DNA of 55,833 bases from NCBI GenBank assembly GCA_001800815.1, contig MGWC01000018.1, forward strand, positions 1-55,833, given 5' to 3'. Each line of letters starts with the position of its first letter. The first letter of the stretch is position 1. Below are positions 8,668 through 15,469 of the stretch, piece after piece. This stretch comes from Euryarchaeota archaeon RBG_19FT_COMBO_56_21 (lineage in GTDB: Archaea > Thermoplasmatota > Thermoplasmata > UBA10834). The translations under genes were made by a program, and so were the position numbers. Below the pieces are notes generated by a model. It was not told the origin of the DNA. It searched no databases and saw nothing but the letters and a program-made list of their open reading frames with translations.

Positions 8668-10776
8668 TCACTGCAATCGTGGGATCATGATGTTGAAGAC
8701 GCAGCCCTTAGTATAATCTCCGGGAGCTATGTCCGAGACCCACATGCTCCCTCCGTAGCGCGCCACGATGTTTCTGGCAGCTGCCAGCCCTATCCCGAAT
8801 CCGCCCGCGAGCTCTGACTTGGAGCTCTTGGACATGCGCAGGACCTCACCCTTTATGTGGTGTGGGATCGAACGGCCTGGCTGGGCCACCTTGACCCACC
8901 AATAGTCCACCTTCCTCTCCCTCCTGACCTCCGCACTTATCGAGAGGAGATTCTTCTGCTTGGTCTCGTTGAGGCCGGTGCTATAGAACAGGTTCACGAA
9001 TATCTCCTTGAGCAACTCGTCCGCCTTCACGAGCATGACCTGCTCGGGCTGGAGGTTGACCTCGAAGTTCATTCCTCTGACATGCGACCTATCTGTGACC
9101 TCAAGTATGGCGGAGTCGATGGCTTTCCGCAAGTCCATGCTCCTGAACGACTTGGGCGGGCCCTCCCTCAGCCTGGACAGGACCCTGACCATCTCGATCA
9201 GGCGCATCATGTTCTCGACCTGGCGAGCGGTCTTGTCGGCCATCGACGCCACGACTGGGTCGAGGTCCTTCTTCGATCGTATCGACTCGAAATAGGCGGT
9301 TATGGGGGTGGCGTAGTTCGCGATGTCGTGCGTGAGGAGATCCATGTGCATCTCGACCTGGTCCCTCTCATCTGTGATCTCTTTCACCAGTCTGGCGTTC
9401 TCAAGCGCGACAGCAGCGTGGTTCGCAAACAAGGTCGCGATCTCCAAATCCTCCTGCGAGAAGCTCACCGGCGGATACCTCATGAGCTCGATCACGCCGA
9501 TCGTCTCTTTCTTTCCGACGATCGGCACGGCCAGCATCCGTGTGTGAGTCTGAGGGGTGCCTGGTATGTACTCCGCTCTCGGGTCGGCTTCGGAATCCAT
9601 GATTATCTCGGGTTTCCTCGTCCTACCTATGTATCCAACTATGCCGGTGTCCGCGGGGAAATCCCTGTCAGACATTATCTCGCTCGCGTAGTGACCTGAT
9701 GCGAATACAGGACTGCATGTCCGCTTCGGCCAATCGAAGACGTACAGCGCGAGCTCGTCACACGGGACGAGTTCCGCAACCCTGGTGGCAATTATCCTGT
9801 ATATCTCCTCGGACTCGATCTCCTGTTGAACAGCGGCGGCTGTCTCGATGAGCACCTTCTGTGCCCTCGACCTCACCTGCATCTGTTGGAACATCCTGGA
9901 GCTCTCGAGCACCCAGGCGACATGGACAGCCAGTCCCTCGACGACGTCTATCTCGACAGGTGTGAGCGGCACTATTCTTGAGCTGTCCCCCACCACGAAC
10001 AGCCCGTCGATCACGTTGTCGTAGATAATGGGCCCAACGACGGTGTGAGTGAATGACAGCTTCGTCTGCCCCTTTCTCTTGAGCTGAGCGGGCTCTTCGG
10101 ATGCGAACGATGTCCTCATCGACGAAATCGTCTCCGCCGCAAGAGGAACAGCGTCCAGCTGGAATGTAGAATCCTTGGCAAGCGTGATGCTCTTCGAGGA
10201 GCTTGACAAGCACGTAAGCTCCTTCGAATCCGATGAATACTTGAAGATGGCAACGAAATCCGCATCGAAGTAGTCGAGGACGCTCTTGCAGAACCTCGCG
10301 AGTGCCTGATCAAAAGAGTACTTCGAGTCCGGCGCGCCAGGCATGCACAGGGAAAGAGATGAACGCATGTCCACGTACTGCTCCATGAGAACGAGGGTCC
10401 CCTCGATGCTCCGATCGATCATAGAATCAAGGGCGAGCTTCGCTGTGGTCTTGTTCATCTGCGGAAGGTCGTGCTCCACGACGCTTAGCATAGCTTCCCT
10501 GAGGAGTGTCTGTCGCTTGATGATCGCCGCGAAGTTGAGCTGTCCCCCGTGCTCCGCCCTGATTGCGCTCTTGAGGACTTCCTGTGAGCGCCTCTCAGTC
10601 GGGTTCTCCGAGCGCATGATCAAGGCACCGATGAACGCCATCATCCGGTCAGTGCGGACCTGCTCCGATGTGCTGAGATCCGAACCTCTCAGATAGGATG
10701 ATTTTGCAGTGCTGAGTGCCCACAGGTCGACAATCTTGCCGATATTGGCCTTGAGCACATCGAAGACTGCCTTCAT
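8668..10776 (-). CDS. GAF-GAF sensor histidine kinase-like protein with an N-terminal helical (RsbRD_N-like) domain and a degenerate ATPase domain
   Basis: Two GAF domains; H-box LLTHDIANYATPI; G2 GFGIGLAAARNIV. N-box reads NLFYST and G1 reads VAQPGRSIP. Confidence 0.8.
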   Translation of the reverse strand: MKAVFDVLKANIGKIVDLWALSTAKSSYLRGSDLSTSEQVRTDRMMAFIGALIMRSENPTERRSQEVLKSAIRAEHGGQLNFAAIIKRQTLLREAMLSVVEHDLPQMNKTTAKLALDSMIDRSIEGTLVLMEQYVDMRSSLSLCMPGAPDSKYSFDQALARFCKSVLDYFDADFVAIFKYSSDSKELTCLSSSSKSITLAKDSTFQLDAVPLAAETISSMRTSFASEEPAQLKRKGQTKLSFTHTVVGPIIYDNVIDGLFVVGDSSRIVPLTPVEIDVVEGLAVHVAWVLESSRMFQQMQVRSRAQKVLIETAAAVQQEIESEEIYRIIATRVAELVPCDELALYVFDWPKRTCSPVFASGHYASEIMSDRDFPADTGIVGYIGRTRKPEIIMDSEADPRAEYIPGTPQTHTRMLAVPIVGKKETIGVIELMRYPPVSFSQEDLEIATLFANHAAVALENARLVKEITDERDQVEMHMDLLTHDIANYATPITAYFESIRSKKDLDPVVASMADKTARQVENMMRLIEMVRVLSRLREGPPKSFRSMDLRKAIDSAILEVTDRSHVRGMNFEVNLQPEQVMLVKADELLKEIFVNLFYSTGLNETKQKNLLSISAEVRRERKVDYWWVKVAQPGRSIPHHIKGEVLRMSKSSKSELAGGFGIGLAAARNIVARYGGSMWVSDIAPGDYTKGCVFNIMIPRLQ

Positions 10777-11256
10777 GTCGCTCTGGGAGCTGGCTGCGAG
10801 TGTCCGTTCTAAAGGTATGTGTATTCCTCCAACTCCGTGGGGGGATGTTCGCTGACTTATGTCTCTTTGAGCTTAAATCGCTTTACCCTCGCGAGATCGC
10901 GCGCAGTAAGATTGGCCAGTGCTCCAAACGCTCACCCCCACCGCCTGTCCCACAAACCCTTTGCTCTCGCTCGAAACCACTCTGCGCGACGACGCGTTCC
11001 TGTTGAATTGTAGCGGGAGTTCGGACGCCCTAGGCTGATTGTCCCAATTATGGTTTCATGTCCGCGCACGCGTCGCGTGTAATAACGGCATGGCGCAAGT
11101 GCGAGCCCAAACACGTCGCATCCAACACATTTGGGTAGAGCCACTCCGATGAATCCCCGTTTCGAAGACCGAATGATCTTGAGAAGGAATAACTAGTCCA
11201 TCCCACGACCAACCGAGATTCACATAGCATGGTTGAGGCGCTAGCGTTGAGTATCG

Positions 11257-12258
11257 TCATCCAGATTTGAGAATCTTCCTTAATGCCTTGTTCTTCGCGG
11301 CCTCCTCACAGCTTTGCGAGTATTCTTCGTGACTGAGACCTAACATCTTCCTCTGCACATCGCCAAACTCCTCACCGGTCTCCAAGAGAATCGGGCGAAG
11401 GAAGGACCGCAGCCTCTGGTACTTGACCGCAGCCTCTTTGAAGTCCCTAGGCAGAGGGGAATCATCAACCTGAAGTAGCACGCCGCCCCCTTCAAGTTCC
11501 TCTATCACGGAACAAGGTTCTGCCTTCTTGATAGCATCGACTCCTCCCAGCCTTTCGACGTGGACTGGATTGAGGAAGTTGGTCCAGAAGACTCCTTTTG
11601 CATATTCCTTGAAGAAATCGATGATGTAGACTTTGATATCATAGTCAAAGGAAGTGAAGGGGAAGGCATCCTTGGATTGCTCGAATACGTGGTCACTTCC
11701 GACGCTGAAGGGCATGACAGGCTGTGCCCCAAGATGGACGAACGACCAGCTCAGTCTCAGGTTGACAAACTGCCTCTTCACGAGGTCTATGAGACGTTCC
11801 TGAAATCCACTTTTCTCCCCTATCCTGAATCTACTTACTGGATATGTCACTGTGATACAACCCCCGCGCCCAAAATGATCGGCAATGATGGGGTTCCCCT
11901 TCGTGCGCACAGCAGGTGCGGTGAACAAGAGTATGTTGGTCCCTTCGGCCAGCCATCGCTTCCAATCAGGTTTCTCACTGATTGAGTACAAATGAATATC
12001 GCCAAGTTTGCCCTCTTCGAACTCTCTCATCCATTTGGACAGAGTTGCGCCGTCGAACCGGGTGATTCTCTTCCAGCGATCTGTCTCCTTAAGGTGTACC
12101 TTCCCTTCGACGAACGAATCGGTTCCCTCTAAATCGATAAAGCCCTGGAGCAACTTCGCCCATTTCTCGAAGTCATCATTGAATTGAAATGCGCTATAAC
12201 TGCCCACGAAGTAGATGTTTTTGGAATTCATCTCAGATACATTCATGTTCAAACCCAT
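11257..12258 (-). CDS. Putative immunity protein for the cassette-3 toxin (DUF3396-like C-terminus)
   Basis: Overlaps the toxin stop by 10 bp; FWTNFL..VHVERLGG..I....IEELEGGGVLLQV..P resembles DUF3396-type immunity proteins; AT-richer than the host genes. Confidence 0.65.
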   Translation of the reverse strand: MGLNMNVSEMNSKNIYFVGSYSAFQFNDDFEKWAKLLQGFIDLEGTDSFVEGKVHLKETDRWKRITRFDGATLSKWMREFEEGKLGDIHLYSISEKPDWKRWLAEGTNILLFTAPAVRTKGNPIIADHFGRGGCITVTYPVSRFRIGEKSGFQERLIDLVKRQFVNLRLSWSFVHLGAQPVMPFSVGSDHVFEQSKDAFPFTSFDYDIKVYIIDFFKEYAKGVFWTNFLNPVHVERLGGVDAIKKAEPCSVIEELEGGGVLLQVDDSPLPRDFKEAAVKYQRLRSFLRPILLETGEEFGDVQRKMLGLSHEEYSQSCEEAAKNKALRKILKSG

Positions 12259-12887
12259 ACATAGCCGATAAACGAGATTCTGTCAGCGAAACGATGGAAT
12301 TCTGAATAGTGGGCCAACTGGTATTTGCTGATCTGGCCGAAGCAATGCGTGACAGGGTTCACCCCCTCATGGTAAGGCTTTATCTCGATGATATGTCCTT
12401 GCTTGAGCATATCAAGCCTTGACCCTTTGCCGAGATACTTCTCGATTTGATATCCCTCAGGGGCTAGACCATATATCAGATCGTGTGCGTACTTGCCCCC
12501 GGCAAGGGATTTTGGCGTATTGCCCCATCTCCCAGCCATGTATAGATCCTCGAAGTCGGCTCGGCTGATGGATATGACGCCATCCCATTGGCCAGTTCTA
12601 CCCGAGAACTTAGAGAAGTCCGCGAAGTCCGCTGTCCGCTCGATCGCCCTCCCACCCTCGAAGGCCTTGTCTGCCGGCCTCCAGATGTCCGCGACCTTGT
12701 CAGCGCCCTTGACGAGCCTGGCCACCCCGCCGACAGCCGGCACGAATGGCAGTATGGCGCAACCGATATCTGCTGCGAGCCAGCCCGCGTTCGCCCAGGT
12801 CGGGTGGTCCCACAGCTCCTTGATGTCCCAGATGATGCAGCCGATACAAAAGCGGTCTCTAGATACGAACCAGCCGAATCCCGTCAA
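12249..12887 (-). CDS. Orphan polymorphic toxin cassette 3: pre-toxin helices plus a PD-(D/E)XK (Tox-REase-type) nuclease tip
   Basis: Residues GCIIWD..AIERT are nearly identical to cassette 2. The tip carries E..RLD......EIKP......GQISKY. The first ~15 residues are unrelated sequence, so it is probably silent. Confidence 0.75.
   Translation of the reverse strand: MTGFGWFVSRDRFCIGCIIWDIKELWDHPTWANAGWLAADIGCAILPFVPAVGGVARLVKGADKVADIWRPADKAFEGGRAIERTADFADFSKFSGRTGQWDGVISISRADFEDLYMAGRWGNTPKSLAGGKYAHDLIYGLAPEGYQIEKYLGKGSRLDMLKQGHIIEIKPYHEGVNPVTHCFGQISKYQLAHYSEFHRFADRISFIGYVWV
12632..12843 (+). repeat. 212-bp direct repeat, copy in cassette 3 (pre-toxin segment)
   Basis: Manual alignment to 13909-14120: 186/212 identical, including an ~85-bp stretch with one mismatch. 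Confidence 0.95.
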
Positions 12888-12981
12888 AGACTGGTTCCTT
12901 GCTATTCCTATGGGATTCGCTCACAACTCAGCAGAAGATAAGGGAATCTACAATGCCCGTCGCGACCCGGCTAGAGCTACT

Positions 12982-13569
12982 CTACAAGCCGAATTCGAAG
13001 TCCTCCGAGGGCTCGAACTTGCAGTTCATGACTTTCGCTTCCCTGAACGCAGCCCTCACTCGTTCGGTCGTCAGAGCGATTCTTGGCGCATCATCTAGCG
13101 TGAATAGATCGCTGCCGTCCCAATCCGTAGGCAAGAGACCCCGCGTATTCAGGATTCTGGTTCCTTTGATGACTCCTGAGGCGTACGCCTTTGGATCGTT
13201 CAATCCGCCTCGCCCTGTGATAGCCAAACCATGATACCCGGCAATCTCCTTCCCCGCCAACACTACCTTTACATGGTACGTTGACCAGCCAGTGAGACGC
13301 TTGCTCCCGAGAATCTCGACGACTTTCTTCGAAACAACTGGATAGAGGTATCCGTTCCAAATGAAATCCGCGGCGACAGTTCCGGTGTCAACGTCCATGA
13401 CCATCGGAGCCCTTAGCTCATCCAAACGCCGCAATCCCAAATCGACCAGCCCCTCCGGCGAAAGGAGACCGTTCACCTGTCCCCAGTAGTATCTCGTGGC
13501 ATATGATGGATGAAGCGAGTAGTATCGCCGACCTTGCCTTCCGGGATCAGAAAAGGACTTTGAAACCAT
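12982..13569 (-). CDS. Putative immunity protein for the cassette-2 toxin (Imm43/DUF1629-like)
   Basis: Overlaps the toxin stop; DFIW....PVVSKKVVEIL....LTGW..Y.V and WDGSDLF...TERVR..F...K...FEP motifs. Confidence 0.7.
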   Translation of the reverse strand: MVSKSFSDPGRQGRRYYSLHPSYATRYYWGQVNGLLSPEGLVDLGLRRLDELRAPMVMDVDTGTVAADFIWNGYLYPVVSKKVVEILGSKRLTGWSTYHVKVVLAGKEIAGYHGLAITGRGGLNDPKAYASGVIKGTRILNTRGLLPTDWDGSDLFTLDDAPRIALTTERVRAAFREAKVMNCKFEPSEDFEFGL

Positions 13570-13908
13570 ATTCAGGCATGCCTCCTAGCTTCCTTGCGAA
13601 ATCGAATACGTCATCTATGGATTTCACTCCTGGGCTATGAATGAATCTCTCCCATTTCAAGTTGTAGCTGTAGCTCCAGTGTCCGTGTGCAACTGCGTCA
13701 ACCCACGAACCGTATCTCGGATTCCAGACATCAATGCCCCACTTATCCCAGAGTAGATCTCTGAACGTCACAGGGAACGCATGATGTGCCTGCATCGACT
13801 TGTCGAAGCTCAGACCTGTGATCTTCGCAAGGTTCGCTCTGAAGATTCGATAGTCGTCAGGATATCGACAGGCCTCATCCATCTGCCTGAAGAATCCGGA
13901 GATATCGT

Positions 13909-14120
13909 CTGTCCGCTCAATCGCTCTCCCACCCTCGAAGGCCTTGTCTGCCGGCCTCCAGATGTCCGCGACCTTGTCGGCGCCCTTGACGAGCCTGGCC
14001 ACCCCGCCGATAGCGGGGAGGAAAGGCACTGCAGCGCAGCCGATGTCGACAAGAAGCCAGCCCGCGTTCTCCCAGGTCGGGTGGTCCCAGAGCTCCTTGA
14101 TGTCCCATAGTATGCACCCG
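13909..14120 (+). repeat. 212-bp direct repeat, copy in cassette 2
   Basis: Partner of 12632-12843. Confidence 0.95.
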
Positions 14121-14147
14121 GCGTCGAAGAGAGTCTCGAGGATCGTC

Positions 14148-14242
14148 CCGGTCGGGTCGACATAGCTCAGCGGATTGTTGATGCAGTACGGGTACCTGTT
14201 CTGGGTCTGCGGGGCGCTCAGGGAGCCGAGCTCGGGATCCAT
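14148..14242 (+). repeat. 95-bp direct repeat, Rhs-core end, copy in cassette 2
   Basis: 86/95 identical to 16104-16198; encodes MDPELGSLSAPQTQNRYPYCINNPL(K/S)YVDPTG. Confidence 0.95.
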
Positions 14243-14595
14243 GTGCCGGACGAAGACGTAGTAAAGGCCAGGAGACGAGCTGGCCGCGCCAACGAGCATC
14301 TCGCCCGCATGCTCGAACATCTCCGTGCCAGAGGCGGCTACGGGCGTCCCGTCCCGAACTGCTTGTACTTGGCCACGGAGAATGCTGACTTCGTCGCCCC
14401 GTGCTTCTAGACCTGGCGTCGCCAGTGCGACGCACCGCAACCATCACCAGTCTGTAAGCCTTTTGGTCATGTTCGCAAGGTCCGGGTGTCTGTTCTTTGT
14501 TTGAGGTATGCTCGGGGGTCAGGACACAATCAATGTCATGGCTGTGGCGTGGAGTGGCGAAGGCATGCACAGGAATTGCTGACAAGGATCCATCA

Positions 14596-15459
14596 TCAAT
14601 CTTCCACAATCACCGGCTCGAATGTGACCCGCTTGATGCTGTGCGCCGAGAACAGCTGATACACTCTGTGACTCACGATTCTTTTCGGACGAGCATCATA
14701 CAGACCGAGCCATTCTGAGGTCAGGTTGAAATCCTTCGCATCCTTCAGAGATCCTCTCTTATACCTAATCGGAACAGCGACACCATAGACGGAATCCAAA
14801 GCCCGGTTTCGGCCGAATCTTCCGCAGGAGCACCGCTTCGGACCCGCCTCTGGCAGCTTAAGGTCCACAATCTCCGTGTTTGGAGACATCGGAGGGAGTC
14901 GGTTGGTCACAAAGAGCTGGTAGTACCCTTGAATTAGTTCCTTCCTCTTGTACCGAAGTAAGGGCCAGAACTCCACACCGGTTAGGCTAGCATCCTCAAT
15001 GAGCCTCCTCAGACGCTCAGTCACGAGGAACTCATAGGTCCAGTTCAGGGCTAGGATGTCGTTCCTGCCGAATTTTGGCTCTCTCTTCACGAGATAGGGT
15101 ATGTTCTGGACTGCACCGAATCCGCAGAGTGGACAAGCAGTGCTCAGGTCATAGGATGCTCTCTGCCAGTCTTCCATCCTCTCTTCTGGTTGCGGATATC
15201 CCCAGTAACCCGCCGGCCCCATGTAGAGGAATTCGGCGCTATTGAGCTCCTTCTCCGAGAACACCTTTTCTCTCAATTCGAAAGGTTTGATTCCCATTCT
15301 TGATAGCTCATCCTTCAGGCGAGCGTATCTCTCGTCATCAATGAACAGAAAAGCAATTCCATCAATCTTCTCCTCAATCTCAATCCCCAGATTGTCGAAA
15401 ACCGTCCGAAGCCTATCGAGGGTTTCGGGACGGAACACGAGCTTCGCTTTGATTCTCAT
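14596..15459 (-). CDS. Putative cognate immunity protein of the full-length Rhs toxin (Imm43 / double-CXXCG-like)
   Basis: Starts 10 bp after the Rhs stop; CPLCG and CSCG motifs, EFLVTERLRRLIE..LTGVEF.P, DFNLTSEWLG....IVS..VY. Confidence 0.7.
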   Translation of the reverse strand: MRIKAKLVFRPETLDRLRTVFDNLGIEIEEKIDGIAFLFIDDERYARLKDELSRMGIKPFELREKVFSEKELNSAEFLYMGPAGYWGYPQPEERMEDWQRASYDLSTACPLCGFGAVQNIPYLVKREPKFGRNDILALNWTYEFLVTERLRRLIEDASLTGVEFWPLLRYKRKELIQGYYQLFVTNRLPPMSPNTEIVDLKLPEAGPKRCSCGRFGRNRALDSVYGVAVPIRYKRGSLKDAKDFNLTSEWLGLYDARPKRIVSHRVYQLFSAHSIKRVTFEPVIVED

Positions 15460-15469
15460 AGATGACCCC

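Larger units (their letters stand above)
13547..14440 (-). pseudogene. Orphan Rhs toxin cassette 2: decayed Rhs-core remnant, intact DPxG junction, pre-toxin helices and an AHH/DUF2380-like HNH-fold tip
   Basis: NRYPYCINNPLSYVDPTG; tip QAHHAFP..F.....GIDV..P..G.WV...H...SYN.KW..F. The 5' remnant carries a stop, a 5-bp duplication and a deletion. Confidence 0.8.

Noticed and set aside
12632-14120. 212-bp repeat pair as a diversity-generating retroelement TR/VR
   Set aside because: The mismatches are of all types rather than adenine-specific on either strand, and no reverse transcriptase is present.
14416-14433. GCGTCGC-CAGT-GCGACGC hairpin at the 5' edge of the Rhs remnant as a recombination signal
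   Set aside because: Only 7 bp in GC-rich DNA, with no counterpart at the cassette-3 junction.
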